Position numbers and translations under genes: made by a program
The notes under the pieces: model-generated
What the model was told of the DNA's origin: nothing
The model's database searches: none
The model's input: only the letters and a program-made list of their open reading frames with translations
NCBI GenBank assembly: GCA_023379265.1
Contig: JAMCUI010000007.1
Location: forward strand, 82,330 to 146,329
DNA length: 64,000 bases
Source: Patescibacteria group bacterium
GTDB taxonomy: Bacteria; Patescibacteriota; Microgenomatia; 2-02-FULL-39-11
Direction of reading: 5' to 3'
In this document: piece after piece, positions 47,284-57,844 of the stretch
Position numbering within the stretch: the first letter of the stretch is position 1
Layout: each line of letters starts with the position of its first letter

Positions 47284-47371
47284 GGAAGGGTCGCATAGTT
47301 GGTCTAGTGCGAACGCTTGGAGAGCGTTTATATCCGCAAGGATATCGTGGGTTCGAATCCCACCCCTTCCG
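47284..47371 (+). tRNA. tRNA-Ser(GGA)
   Basis: GGAAGGG/CCCTTCC acceptor stem, AACGC-TTGGAGA-GCGTT anticodon arm, long variable arm, GGTTCGAATCC. Confidence 0.95.
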
Positions 47372-47485
47372 CAAGTATCCTATAGTTCTAAGAGACTCGC
47401 ATAATATCTCGGATAGTTTTCATTGTGTTTCTATATGTCTTCAAAATCAGTATTTCCCTTTCTTTAAAAACCTGAAGATTTATTT

Positions 47486-47502
47486 TTCACCAAATGTTCA
47501 TC
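47486..47502 (+). promoter_or_regulatory. Putative OmpR-family regulator binding site
   Basis: TTCACCAAATGTTCATC (TTCA direct repeat, 11-bp period); 15/17 identical to the site at 49144-49160. Confidence 0.6.
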
Positions 47503-47535
47503 TTTTATTAATAATATGCTATTGTTGGGAAAACT

Positions 47536-48198
47536 ATGAGAATACTTATTGCCGAAGATAATCGGAAATTAGCCGGATATATTAAACAGGCTTTGGGACA
47601 ACAAGGTTATACCGTAGATTCTGTCTACGATGGAGAAACTGCCGAAAATCGTATGTCTGATGAATATGATTTGGTAATTTTGGACATTATGTTACCTCAG
47701 AAAGATGGAATAACAGTCTGTAATAATGTTAGAGGCTACGGTTCTACAACACCGATTCTTATGCTTACTGCTAAGGGAGAACTGGATGATAAAGTTGATG
47801 GTTTGGATGCAGGAGCAGATGATTATCTTATAAAACCCTTTGAGATGAAGGAGTTACTGGCAAGAATACGTGCTTTACTCAGAAGACCAAAAGAGAAAAA
47901 GCCGGAAAAACTTATTGCCCAGAATATTACTCTTGATGGCGCCCGCCATATAGTATTAAAAGGAGAAGACGAACTTTCACTTACACTGAAGGAATACTCC
48001 GTTTTAGATTATATAATCAGGAATAAAAATAAAACGGTAACTCGGGAGCAGATACTTGATCACTGTTGGGATTTTTCCTACGATTCATTTTCCAATATTG
48101 TTGATGTATACATTAAACGTCTGCGTAAAAAGTTACAAGACAAAAATGAGCAATATATCAAAACAATTCGCGGCATTGGTTACCAATTTAAAGAATAA
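47536..48198 (+). CDS. OmpR/PhoB-family response regulator
   Basis: ILIAED, LDIMLP, MLTAK, GADDYLIKPF, VDVYIKRLRKK, TIRGIGY. Confidence 0.96.
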   Translation: MRILIAEDNRKLAGYIKQALGQQGYTVDSVYDGETAENRMSDEYDLVILDIMLPQKDGITVCNNVRGYGSTTPILMLTAKGELDDKVDGLDAGADDYLIKPFEMKELLARIRALLRRPKEKKPEKLIAQNITLDGARHIVLKGEDELSLTLKEYSVLDYIIRNKNKTVTREQILDHCWDFSYDSFSNIVDVYIKRLRKKLQDKNEQYIKTIRGIGYQFKE

Positions 48199-49138
48199 GC
48201 CTTTTTTTCAGGCAAAACTAAAACTTACCGCCTATTATACTTTAGGGATTATTCTTATCCTCATTGTTGTAAATATACTTATCTATAGTCTTTTTGTCAG
48301 TGATCTGCAGGGGTCATATGAAGGAGAACAGTCTGACTTAGCTGCAGTGCATATTCAAGGGGCATTGAAGACAATAATTTTTACCGTAAATGGTCTGGGA
48401 CTAATATTGATATTTGGAGTTAGTTTTTATGTTGCTGGTAGAACACTTCTACCAATTGAAGAATCGTATAGACGTCAGAAAAAGTTTATTGCCGATGCCG
48501 CACACGAATTACGGACGCCCATAGCGGTGATGAAAGCCGGAGCAGAAACAATTCTGAGTAGTAACAGCAGCAAAAGTGACTATAAACAATTAACTCGGGA
48601 TTCACTGGAAGAACTAAATCTTTTGTCTTCTGAAGTAAACGATCTACTTTTTTTGGCACGCAATGATGACATCAGAAATTATCAATTCACAAAAATTGAT
48701 TTGGGTAAACTTGTTTTTCAGCAGATTAAACTTATGAAATCTTATGCCCAACGCCGAAAAGTCAATCTCAATTATCACTTCCAAGATAATATTTATATTC
48801 AGGGTAACCAAGGATATGTCAGCCGAATGGTTGTTAACTTACTTAAAAATGGTGTTGTATATAACAAGCCAAATGGAAAAGTCACAGTTTCTTTATATAA
48901 AAAAGAAAAACAAATTATTCTGTCTGTAAAAGATACGGGAATTGGTATTTCTTCAAAAGACTTGCCGTATATATTTGATAGATTTTATAAAGCCGACAGT
49001 GCCCGTCATAGCGAGGGAGCAGGTCTTGGTCTTTCTATTGTTTACGACATTGTTAAAATCCATAATGGAAATATCCATATTCAGAGCCAATTGAATAAAG
49101 GGACATTTGTTGAAGTAATTTTTCCTCAAAGCGCCTGA
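48146..49138 (+). CDS. Sensor histidine kinase with a very short extracellular loop
   Basis: FIADAAHELRTP H-box, NLLKNG, VKDTGIGI, IFDRFY, GAGLGL. Confidence 0.95.
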   Translation: MSNISKQFAALVTNLKNKPFFQAKLKLTAYYTLGIILILIVVNILIYSLFVSDLQGSYEGEQSDLAAVHIQGALKTIIFTVNGLGLILIFGVSFYVAGRTLLPIEESYRRQKKFIADAAHELRTPIAVMKAGAETILSSNSSKSDYKQLTRDSLEELNLLSSEVNDLLFLARNDDIRNYQFTKIDLGKLVFQQIKLMKSYAQRRKVNLNYHFQDNIYIQGNQGYVSRMVVNLLKNGVVYNKPNGKVTVSLYKKEKQIILSVKDTGIGISSKDLPYIFDRFYKADSARHSEGAGLGLSIVYDIVKIHNGNIHIQSQLNKGTFVEVIFPQSA

Positions 49139-49143
49139 TACTG

Positions 49144-49160
49144 TTCACGGAATGTTCATC
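49144..49160 (+). promoter_or_regulatory. Putative OmpR-family regulator binding site
   Basis: TTCACGGAATGTTCATC upstream of a -10-like element and a strong SD (AGGAGGT) of the PepSY gene. Confidence 0.6.
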
Positions 49161-49201
49161 CTCATTTGATAGTATACTTCCAAGAAAGGAGGTGACGATA
49201 A

Positions 49202-49705
49202 ATGAAAAGCAATACAAATAGATTTCTAGTTCCACTTGCGGTTTTAGCAATTGTCGGACTGGGCGGAAGTCTATATACCCTGCAAAAAGCTGGACCAACT
49301 GCTGTTGAAGCCCAAACGGTTTCATCGGCAGTTAATGTGACTTCCTCAAATCAGGCAGAAAATACTTCTGAGAAGCCGGATGTAACCGAAATGGACAACA
49401 AGACACCGAGTTATACCTCAAATGTAACAGTGTCGGAAAGTCTGGAGACAAATACTTCTGAGGAAGTAAAAAAACTGTCCTCACTTGCCAAAATAAGCGC
49501 TGATCAGGCAAAAGTTGCAGCCGAAAAGGCAACAGGTGGAACAGCTTCAAGTGTGAAGTTAGAGGATGAGAACGGAAATGTCGTTTATGCGGTAACTGTT
49601 GGTTCAAAAGAAGTCAAAGTAGATGCGGGTAATGGAAAAATACTCCATACCGAGTTGGCAGATTCCGGTAATGAAGCAAAAGTATCAGAGACGGAGGCAA
49701 AGTAG
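49202..49705 (+). CDS. Secreted PepSY-domain protein
   Basis: Signal anchor; AKISADQAK.AA, LEDENG.VVY.V, VKVDAGNGKIL. Confidence 0.88.
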   Translation: MKSNTNRFLVPLAVLAIVGLGGSLYTLQKAGPTAVEAQTVSSAVNVTSSNQAENTSEKPDVTEMDNKTPSYTSNVTVSESLETNTSEEVKKLSSLAKISADQAKVAAEKATGGTASSVKLEDENGNVVYAVTVGSKEVKVDAGNGKILHTELADSGNEAKVSETEAK

Positions 49706-49724
49706 ATCTGTCTGATCCAACATA

Positions 49725-49758
49725 AGCAGAAACGGGGATAATAAGTCCCTGTTTCTGC
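49725..49758 (+). terminator. Hairpin (terminator or attenuator) after the PepSY gene
   Basis: GCAGAAACGGGGA-loop-TCCCTGTTTCTGC; no clear U-tract. Confidence 0.5.
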
Positions 49759-49817
49759 ACAGATTCAAAATATATGAGGTTAATTTATAGTTAACAGTTA
49801 AAAGTAAGAGAGGAAAT

Positions 49818-50561
49818 ATGTTTAAAGATGAACCAATTATTGAAACAATAGATTTAAGTCATAGATATAACACACATAATGCGCTTGATAATCTGAATTT
49901 AACAATATATTCGGGTGAGATTTTCGGTTTTCTGGGACATAATGGTGCGGGTAAAACTACTACAGTTAATATACTGACTACACTTCTTAAACAAACATCA
50001 GGTACAGCAAAAATCGCCGGTCTTGATACGGTAAAGGAAAGTATTGAAGTTCGTCGTCATATCGGTTATTTACCTGAGAATGTGACATTTTATAACAATC
50101 TTACGGCTTTTGAGAATTTGGCCTATTTTGCAAAATTATCAGGAGTCAAAAACGTCGAGGCAAAAGTAATTGAAGTCTTAACTTATCTAAATTTTAGCGA
50201 AGTTAAGGATAAGAAACTGGGGGGATTTTCAAAGGGGATGCGCCAGCGCATCGGTATTGCTCAGGCAATTATTCATGAACCGGAGATACTTTTTCTTGAT
50301 GAACCGACATCAGGATTGGATCCACTTGGAATTAAAAACCTGAGGGAAATTATTATTCGTCTGAATCATGAAAAACAAATTACTATTTTTATGAATACAC
50401 ACCTTCTGTCGGAAGTTGCAAAAACATGTACAACAATTGGAGTGTTAAACCATGGAAGACTTATTTACAAAGATAGTCTTAAAAATACTCTTAAAAGATT
50501 TCCGACTGAGGTTTCGCTTGAAGAAATTTATGTCCAGATGGAAACAAATGGAAATAACTAA
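49818..50561 (+). CDS. ABC transporter ATP-binding protein
   Basis: GHNGAGKTT, FSKGMRQR, FLDEPTSGLDP. Confidence 0.96.
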   Translation: MFKDEPIIETIDLSHRYNTHNALDNLNLTIYSGEIFGFLGHNGAGKTTTVNILTTLLKQTSGTAKIAGLDTVKESIEVRRHIGYLPENVTFYNNLTAFENLAYFAKLSGVKNVEAKVIEVLTYLNFSEVKDKKLGGFSKGMRQRIGIAQAIIHEPEILFLDEPTSGLDPLGIKNLREIIIRLNHEKQITIFMNTHLLSEVAKTCTTIGVLNHGRLIYKDSLKNTLKRFPTEVSLEEIYVQMETNGNN

Positions 50562-50576
50562 CAATTGAGACTAAGT

Positions 50577-51533
50577 ATGTTTGAGCAATTATCAACAGTA
50601 GCAATAAATGAAATAAGAGTTTTGGTCAGAGAAAAAACTTTTTTGCTTTTACTCCTTATTTTTTTTCTTCTGACTCTTTTCTCTGCCTATATTGGTTGGT
50701 CGACTAAAACAACAATTCTTGCAGTATATCGCCAATCAGTTATCACGTTAAAACAGGCGGGAACAGCCAACATACCGTCCAATCCATTTACCGGAATAGC
50801 CCACCTCTCAATTTTTAGGAATATGATTATTTATATTTTTTTGGTTGGTTCACTTATGGCTATAGTTGTAGGGCATAGGGCATTTATTAGGGAGAGAAAG
50901 TCAGGTGTAACGCAACTGATATTTTCCAAGCCTTTAAGCAGAAGTAGTTTTATATTGGGTAAGATATTGGGGATTACAATTGTACTTTTAATGTTAATAA
51001 TAGCTACTTTTCTTGTAAGCATCATTTCAAGTGCATTAATCCCGAACCAGCAATTGACAATGCTTGAGGCAGCCAAACTTTTTTCTTTTTATATCGTTTC
51101 TTTTCTTTATATGTTTATCTTTTCAATGTTAGGCCTTATTTTTTCCATTATTCTTCCTACAGAGTCTCTTACACTTTTAGTACCGATGATTTTTTGGGTT
51201 GCAGTTACTTTTATTATTCCGGAACTTACTACCGGTCAAAATCCTGTAGCACTGCTTAATCCTACAAATATCATTCAAACCACTTCACAAGGTCCATTTT
51301 TTAATTTTATGCATACTGTTCTTTCTCCTTTCTCAGTAGAACAACATTATACTACCATATCCCAACCACTTCTTGAGACACAGAAACAATTTCGTTCACT
51401 TGGAATTTTGGAGATTATTAAACAAAACGGTGGTTCATTCTTATCTCTCATGCTATATTTTTTCATATCCGTGTTTCTGACTTTTTATTCATTTGGCAGA
51501 TACAAAGTTACAAACGACAAAATTTATGAATAA
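50577..51533 (+). CDS. ABC-2 (NosY-like) permease
   Basis: ERKSG..LIFSKPLSR..FILGK; multi-TM. Confidence 0.88.
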   Translation: MFEQLSTVAINEIRVLVREKTFLLLLLIFFLLTLFSAYIGWSTKTTILAVYRQSVITLKQAGTANIPSNPFTGIAHLSIFRNMIIYIFLVGSLMAIVVGHRAFIRERKSGVTQLIFSKPLSRSSFILGKILGITIVLLMLIIATFLVSIISSALIPNQQLTMLEAAKLFSFYIVSFLYMFIFSMLGLIFSIILPTESLTLLVPMIFWVAVTFIIPELTTGQNPVALLNPTNIIQTTSQGPFFNFMHTVLSPFSVEQHYTTISQPLLETQKQFRSLGILEIIKQNGGSFLSLMLYFFISVFLTFYSFGRYKVTNDKIYE

Positions 51534-52506
51534 TAATCCGATCTTCATAATTGCCAAGAAAGAATATACTGATGCAATAAAAAATGTTTTATTTCTGACA
51601 TTGCTCCTGTTTTTATTTATTCTTGTTAGTATTTCACTTTTGGTTACTGCATTTAACTTCCAGTCTCAAGTAGCGCAATATAATACTGCCATAGCACAAC
51701 TGAAGAGTATGGGACAGATAGGTGCAATTCTTGAGAAACCGCAATATTTCCCGCTCCAGATGCTAAGAGGAACGATTGAGTATCTTGAGATTATTGGTGC
51801 AATTATAGGGATTATATTGGGCTACATATGTATTGCCAAAGAAAAAGGGAATAATACAATGCTGCTGCTTCTTAGCAGACCTGTCACGAAAACATCATTT
51901 ATTGGAGGAAAGATATTAGGGAATAGCTTACTTATTTTATCTCTGCTTGGACTTATTTTGATATTTATTATTAGTTCCATATCAGGGATAGGTCATGTTT
52001 TTTTTTCTTCGATAGAACTTTTAAAGCTCTTTCTTGCCTTTCTGTTTTCTTATATTTATCTGATGTTTTTCTTCTGCTTATCTGCTCTTTTGTCGATTTT
52101 TTTCAAAAATATACCAAACGCACTTATTGTAAGTTTTGCCATTTGGTTACTGATTGTTCTTATTATTCCCCAAATTGGTGACACAATGGATCCGGACAAT
52201 CAGATTCCCGGAGGTTTTTTTAACAGCATGCACATGACAAAGATACAACAGAATGAAGTGATATCAAAGTTTAGGACTTATGAAACTTTTAGAAATGCTC
52301 TTGAAGAAAGTTCTGTTGAGAAACACTATGAAAGGTTGGTCTTTGCAACACTGGGAATTAAAGATATTTATAACGGTAAAAGTTTAAATGTGATATTTAA
52401 GGATAAATGGGGGGATTTCATTTGGATTAGTAGCTATTATGTCGGCAGTATACTTCTTGCATTTGCGCTTTTTAAAAATAAAAGGGTTTTGGAGAAAATG
52501 TCTTAA
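51526..52506 (+). CDS. ABC-2 (NosY-like) permease
   Basis: IAKKEYTD, EKGNNT..LLLSRPV....IGGK; multi-TM. Confidence 0.88.
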   Translation: MNNNPIFIIAKKEYTDAIKNVLFLTLLLFLFILVSISLLVTAFNFQSQVAQYNTAIAQLKSMGQIGAILEKPQYFPLQMLRGTIEYLEIIGAIIGIILGYICIAKEKGNNTMLLLLSRPVTKTSFIGGKILGNSLLILSLLGLILIFIISSISGIGHVFFSSIELLKLFLAFLFSYIYLMFFFCLSALLSIFFKNIPNALIVSFAIWLLIVLIIPQIGDTMDPDNQIPGGFFNSMHMTKIQQNEVISKFRTYETFRNALEESSVEKHYERLVFATLGIKDIYNGKSLNVIFKDKWGDFIWISSYYVGSILLAFALFKNKRVLEKMS

Positions 52507-52539
52507 TTTTTAATAATATTTTAGAAAGGTAGGCTAAAT

Positions 52540-53148
52540 ATGAGTAAAAGCATAATCCTATCAGTTATCGTTATAATTTTGGTTACAGTAGGAATCTTTT
52601 TTTTCCTGACTAATGGGCAAAATAATCAGACCACTGTTAATTCCAATAATATTGTACAAATATCTCAAACCAGTGTTAATACAAATAATAATACTCAGGA
52701 TCCCCAGGATGTGGTACCGGGTCTCTATCCGGATCCGATAAAAAATAACTCAGCCGTTCAAGGATTTAAAATAGCTTCTCTTATGGTTGAAAACAACACT
52801 GATGCTGCTGGAAATCCCGTTAGTGACCATTTACAGCTGACTTTAAAGAATTTGACAAACAAAGACCTATCAAATTTTGAGGTCTATTACACCATTATGG
52901 ATACTGTTTCCAACAAAAAAGAGGGATATTATAAAAAACTTGGCAGTTATGTACTAAAAGCCGGAGCAACACAGATAATTAATTTTGATAATAAGCAAGG
53001 TATAGGACATTTTACGGTTAACACACGCAGTCTGTACTTCACATCAAGCAATAAACTTTCATTTAATGTTTTTGTGAGTACTCTAGGCTATAAAGTGGAA
53101 ACCGCAAGTGTAGAAAAAGCTGCCGGAGGAGCGGAAACAAAAGACTAA
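52540..53148 (+). CDS. Membrane-anchored exported hypothetical protein
   Basis: N-terminal TM, N/Q-rich linker, beta-rich domain (VENN.D, DHLQLTLKN). Confidence 0.7.
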   Translation: MSKSIILSVIVIILVTVGIFFFLTNGQNNQTTVNSNNIVQISQTSVNTNNNTQDPQDVVPGLYPDPIKNNSAVQGFKIASLMVENNTDAAGNPVSDHLQLTLKNLTNKDLSNFEVYYTIMDTVSNKKEGYYKKLGSYVLKAGATQIINFDNKQGIGHFTVNTRSLYFTSSNKLSFNVFVSTLGYKVETASVEKAAGGAETKD

Positions 53149-53194
53149 TTATGTCTTTGTTAATTAAGTATCAAAAAAGGTATATTATTGCAAT

Positions 53195-53839
53195 ATAAAT
53201 CTGTTTGAAATTTCTATTCTTGACTCAATTGAAGATTTTTTTGTTTCTCTTTTAGGAAAACAAATTTATCTTGCACCAATACTGACTCTTATATTTGAAG
53301 AAGCCGGCATTCCAATTCCGGTACCTGGTGATATTGTTATTGCCTATATTGGTTATGAAATCTCAAGAGGAATCATTTCATATTGGATTGCTTTCTTTAT
53401 GATATTATTTTCCGTTCTGATCGGTGCAACAATCTTATATTTTCTATCGCTAAGATTCGGTCAAAGTATTCTTCTCAGATTTGGAATGTTTATTCATCTT
53501 AATAAAGAGAGACTTATTACTGTTGAAAAGCAGTTTAAGAAATACGGCCCGCTTGTTATTATTTTTGGTAGGCATATTCCGGGATTTAGAGTTCCAATAA
53601 CCATATTTTCTGGTATATCAAAAGTTCCTTATAGAACATTTATTATTAGTACTTTTATTTCTGTTGTATTTTGGATTGCATTTTATCTTGAGATTGGAAG
53701 ACAGCTTGGTTCTCAAACCATAAAATTACTCAAGGCTCACAATATTTATTATTTGTTTTTAGTTATTATAATAGTATCCTTTATCGTATACATTCTGTTG
53801 AAAAGAATGAAAAATAAACACGGTAAGAAAAGTCATTAA
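53195..53839 (+). CDS. DedA family protein (no canonical start codon for the N-terminal half)
   Basis: Frame is open upstream of the 53399 ATG through EEAGIPIPVPGD; GRHIPGFR motif; only ATA (53195) or CTG (53201) are available as starts. Confidence 0.8.
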   Translation: MNLFEISILDSIEDFFVSLLGKQIYLAPILTLIFEEAGIPIPVPGDIVIAYIGYEISRGIISYWIAFFMILFSVLIGATILYFLSLRFGQSILLRFGMFIHLNKERLITVEKQFKKYGPLVIIFGRHIPGFRVPITIFSGISKVPYRTFIISTFISVVFWIAFYLEIGRQLGSQTIKLLKAHNIYYLFLVIIIVSFIVYILLKRMKNKHGKKSH

Positions 53840-53982
53840 TGTATGTTTTATTAGCCTATCTTTCAATAAAATTCTATTACTGCAATTTTATATCCCGTTA
53901 ATAAGTCTTTTCCATATTTTGCTATCAGATGTTACCCCTTAAACAATGAATGGTATGGTGGATAAATGGTACAATTTGAGAG

Positions 53983-54660
53983 ATGAAATTGCTTTTTCTT
54001 CTTTTTGTTGCGGCTGGTATAGCATTTATAGTATATATCTCTACGTATTTATTATCCTTAAAAACAACGGGTAAAAAGAAAAAATTCTACAAGAACCTAT
54101 TAATAATTTCATTTTCAGTTTTTGTTGTCCTTTTAGGAATCATCGTTTTTGGAGTTTATAGTTCTTCCGTTCAATCGGATCTACAATGTTCATCAACTCA
54201 TAAAACCACCACTAGGCCTCCACTAAGTCTTAAGACAGCACAAGATTATTTTCTTTTGGGAAACTATGATTATGATAGAGGAAATTGCAGACAGGCAGTC
54301 TTAGATTATTCAAAATCAATCGAGATAGATTCAAGTTTTACCCAGTCATACAATAACAGAGCTTATACCAGTATGAGACTCAGAAATTTTAAAGATGCCT
54401 TACCCGATCTTGATAAAGCAATTCAATTAAATCCCAATTATATTAATGCCCTTATGAACAGAGGGGATATCCATAATTACTATTACCAAATAGACAGACA
54501 ATCGGCAATTGCAGATTATAGAAGAGTGATTGCATTAACTGATTCAGACACTAGACAACAAACAAGCGTTTGTGGACATCTCTTTTTGGCAGAACATAAC
54601 GGTTGGAATCTAGGCGCATTCATTGGTTTTTTCCAAGGTGAATTTATTACCTGTAAATAA
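53983..54660 (+). CDS. Membrane-anchored TPR protein
   Basis: Two TMs; TPR repeats (DYSKSIEID, YNNRAY, DLDKAIQLNP). Confidence 0.85.
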   Translation: MKLLFLLFVAAGIAFIVYISTYLLSLKTTGKKKKFYKNLLIISFSVFVVLLGIIVFGVYSSSVQSDLQCSSTHKTTTRPPLSLKTAQDYFLLGNYDYDRGNCRQAVLDYSKSIEIDSSFTQSYNNRAYTSMRLRNFKDALPDLDKAIQLNPNYINALMNRGDIHNYYYQIDRQSAIADYRRVIALTDSDTRQQTSVCGHLFLAEHNGWNLGAFIGFFQGEFITCK

Positions 54661-54757
54661 ATTGAGTAAAAAGTGAATCAAGGACGGTTTAAAGATAAAA
54701 TTAGGCAACGTATTCAAAGAATCTCCTTTAGAAAGTGAATAAAGGAATTTGAGATGA

Positions 54758-55576
54758 TTAAGAATGCTGTCTTTGGTTTTTTATATCTTTATGGGTTTTT
54801 GCCAGGTAACCGACAAAAATAATTATCAGAGTTGTTAAAACTATACTCGTCTTTCCGGTGCCAAATCCGATTCCTCCCAGATCAGGAGTTTTCCCGAACC
54901 AGTCAGCAAATGAGGCTCCAAGAGGTCTCGTGACGATGTATGCAGCCCAAAAGGTCAGAACTTCATCAGCACCAAACAGTTTGTAAACCACAAGCGGAAT
55001 GGCAAAAAGGGCAGCAAACAGGATACCTGAAGCAAGATAGCCCCAGCCTAGAGTTATGGCAGTCATATCGCCTGCTGCAGTGCCCAGAGCAAACGTGGTA
55101 ACAACGGTAGCCCAATAAAATAATTCCCTTCGAGAAGTAATAATGCTATGTATTGAAAGCGTATTCTCAATTTTATACCAAAGTATAAAAATGATTGTTA
55201 AAGCAACGGCAAAAAAGATTGTTGATGTAAGATAGGGCACACCCAGAACAATATGTACAACATCAGCAGCCATTGTTCCAAATATAGCTACCATGACAAC
55301 TGCTAGCCAATAAATCCAGGTTTTGTATTTTCTGGTAAACAGCTGAAGCAGAATCGTTACTGTAAATGCAATTGCCCCGCCAATCACCGCAATCACCGGA
55401 TCATAGTGGTGAACCAGATAATCTGAAACAGACTCTCCTAAAGCAGTAGAGAGTAATTTAATAATCCAGAAAATAACCGTTACTTCAGGGACTTTTCTGG
55501 CGATCTGTTTGATGAGCGTACTGGTAAAAAAATTATTTACAGCCGAAGGGAGAGAAAAACGTGCTTTTCGTGTCAT
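54758..55576 (-). CDS. COG4705/DUF347 repeat membrane protein
   Basis: KVPEVT..FWIIKLLST.LGE, GTMAAD, RELFYWAT, FALGTAAGD, TRPLGASFADW. Confidence 0.85.
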   Translation of the reverse strand: MTRKARFSLPSAVNNFFTSTLIKQIARKVPEVTVIFWIIKLLSTALGESVSDYLVHHYDPVIAVIGGAIAFTVTILLQLFTRKYKTWIYWLAVVMVAIFGTMAADVVHIVLGVPYLTSTIFFAVALTIIFILWYKIENTLSIHSIITSRRELFYWATVVTTFALGTAAGDMTAITLGWGYLASGILFAALFAIPLVVYKLFGADEVLTFWAAYIVTRPLGASFADWFGKTPDLGGIGFGTGKTSIVLTTLIIIFVGYLAKTHKDIKNQRQHS

Positions 55577-55675
55577 TTTTATAATAATACTCTTTCAAGA
55601 TGAGTTTCTCTAGAGAAATATATGCCAAAATGATACTTATTGCAGATTTCTCTAGATCTCAGGTGGTAAATGGGT

Positions 55676-56137
55676 TTATTTTAATAGTTTAAATTTATTG
55701 AGGAAATACCAAATAATAAATGTTGATGTGATAGAGATTACAATGCTACCAATAATATCTATTGGATGGTGAACATTTGAAAGAACCCGGGCAATTCCTA
55801 TACAAACAGAAAGTACTCCTAATAATATTCCTATCTTCTTGTGATAAATGAAAATAACTGAAGCTATTGCCATAGTCAGTAGTGTATGGTCTGATGGGAA
55901 ACCGTTATCTGTTGAGGCATGAATTAACGGTTGAATGTGCTGGACAATATATGGCCGAGGGTCAATTATCATGACCGCTAGTATTTTACTTATCAGATAT
56001 GCGAGGGGGAAAGTACCTAAAATAAGTTTGACGTAATTTCTCTGTATGCGTTTTGTCGAAGTAAATACTGTTATAGTTCCAAGTGTAATAACAACCAGAT
56101 ATAGATACTGAGCGCTAAAAATAATTAGAGGAATCAT
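55676..56137 (-). CDS. PAP2 family phosphatase (BcrC-like undecaprenyl-diphosphatase)
   Basis: PRPY, FPSDH, ARV..VHHP.D motifs. Confidence 0.88.
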   Translation of the reverse strand: MIPLIIFSAQYLYLVVITLGTITVFTSTKRIQRNYVKLILGTFPLAYLISKILAVMIIDPRPYIVQHIQPLIHASTDNGFPSDHTLLTMAIASVIFIYHKKIGILLGVLSVCIGIARVLSNVHHPIDIIGSIVISITSTFIIWYFLNKFKLLK

Positions 56138-56398
56138 AATCTATTTTATCATGTGATGAGAGAGATGTTCGTTTTAAGAGTAATATAAAGTAATGATTTT
56201 ATAAATTATTCATTAACTGATCTTGAATTATCTGTCTACAAGATGATGAATATATCAAACTACATCATTAACACCTTGAAACACCCTTTTTATACTGTCT
56301 CATTTGTCTAATTTAGTCTCAGACTGGTACTAGTAGGAGTTATAAGGATGTCTGGCTTCCAGACGCAGTTGCTCCGCATCGAAAATTTCATTCCGCGT

Positions 56399-57844
56399 TT
56401 ATTTATATTGGGTATACCACCCCGGATCCACTTTTTCCTTCTTTGAAAAATAAACTTGTGTATCGGTAATTTCCGTTTCGGTATAATTTGGATCCATCTT
56501 CAATCTCTCAAAAAGAGTCTTGTATTCTCCCTCCGGTAGCGGCCAGAAGTTGTTGGGATTTTGTCCCGGGCGAAGATCAAGCGCGATAGTCTGGGGCAGA
56601 TACTGCCAGTATTTATCCCGTAAAAGCATTACGTTATGAGTATGTGTCAGTTGCGGTGCCAGATTATTTAGTGTCATGACCAGTCCTTTGTCCGGTATTT
56701 TTGTCAAGAAAGTCCTCAGGAAGTTCAAATCTTTGGTATGCGCATAAAATGCAGGGTTATATGCTAGCCCCAAGGGCCCATGCAGTTTCAAATGGAGAAA
56801 AATCGCCAAAAATATAATTCCTATAGCATGAAAAGTAGCAATTTTTCTGTAGACTTTCATTTCCATCAGTTTTTTTATACCCAAAATGCTTCCGTAAACC
56901 AGAAGAAAGGCAGCGATAGCGTTGTAATGGAGGCCCAGGTCAAGCCGGGCACTGGTGCCGGAGATGACAAACCTGATAAAGTAATCCTGGAGAATAACCG
57001 GCAGGAACAATGGGCTAAATAAGGGTAGGAAGGAGAAGGAAAGAAATGAAAGAGCAAGAGTGCCTGTTTTCACTAAAGGATAGAAAAACTGGGTTACCAT
57101 AGTGGAAATCGAATACTGGTTGGGAATATAGGCAAAAGGCCTACTGGCCAGATACGGCATTATTATTTTTACCGATATGAAGTAATAGGCAAGAGAATAG
57201 GTAAAAGTAAGAATTCCCTGTTTATAGTTTTTCCTCAAAATAAGATATATACCAAGGACAGTTCCAAAAATGACAAATGTTTCCTTTGTACCCAAAGTCA
57301 ATATAAAAAATAGCCAATACCAATGCCATTTTTTTCTCTCGAGTGCAAGAAAAGTTAATCCCAGAGTCAGAAGTGCGATAAATTCACTATGGAAATTGGA
57401 GATGACTGCATTTTGCAGTCCGACAAAAAGAGTGTACGTAATAATGGTGGAGAATAACAGCAGTTTGTTTTTTATCTCTCGGCCGAGAAAAATTAACATA
57501 CCTGCGCTTGCCGTTATGATTGCATTTTGTACGACAAGAATTGCGGTATAGGAAGAGGTAAGCCAATAAAGGGGTATAAGAAGTAGAATGGTTGGATCAA
57601 AGTGGTCACCGAATTGGTTGAGAAGATGATTTTCCACGTGATCAATAAGAGGGGCCCTGAAATGCGCCAGGTTCCATAGTGCCTGGTCATATATTCCGTG
57701 ATCAAAATAATAAGCTTCAAACTGCCAGAAGCGGTTCAGGACTACAAGGTTTAAGACTATGAAATAAACAGTGAGATAAATGATGATAAACCACCAGTCT
57801 TTGAAAAAAACGGATAACGTCCTGGAAAATGATTTTGCAGACAT
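56399..57844 (-). CDS. DUF2079 family GT-C-like membrane protein
   Basis: FDHGIYDQALWN, FGDHFDP, NFH, KE; multi-TM. Confidence 0.8.
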   Translation of the reverse strand: MSAKSFSRTLSVFFKDWWFIIIYLTVYFIVLNLVVLNRFWQFEAYYFDHGIYDQALWNLAHFRAPLIDHVENHLLNQFGDHFDPTILLLIPLYWLTSSYTAILVVQNAIITASAGMLIFLGREIKNKLLLFSTIITYTLFVGLQNAVISNFHSEFIALLTLGLTFLALERKKWHWYWLFFILTLGTKETFVIFGTVLGIYLILRKNYKQGILTFTYSLAYYFISVKIIMPYLASRPFAYIPNQYSISTMVTQFFYPLVKTGTLALSFLSFSFLPLFSPLFLPVILQDYFIRFVISGTSARLDLGLHYNAIAAFLLVYGSILGIKKLMEMKVYRKIATFHAIGIIFLAIFLHLKLHGPLGLAYNPAFYAHTKDLNFLRTFLTKIPDKGLVMTLNNLAPQLTHTHNVMLLRDKYWQYLPQTIALDLRPGQNPNNFWPLPEGEYKTLFERLKMDPNYTETEITDTQVYFSKKEKVDPGWYTQYK

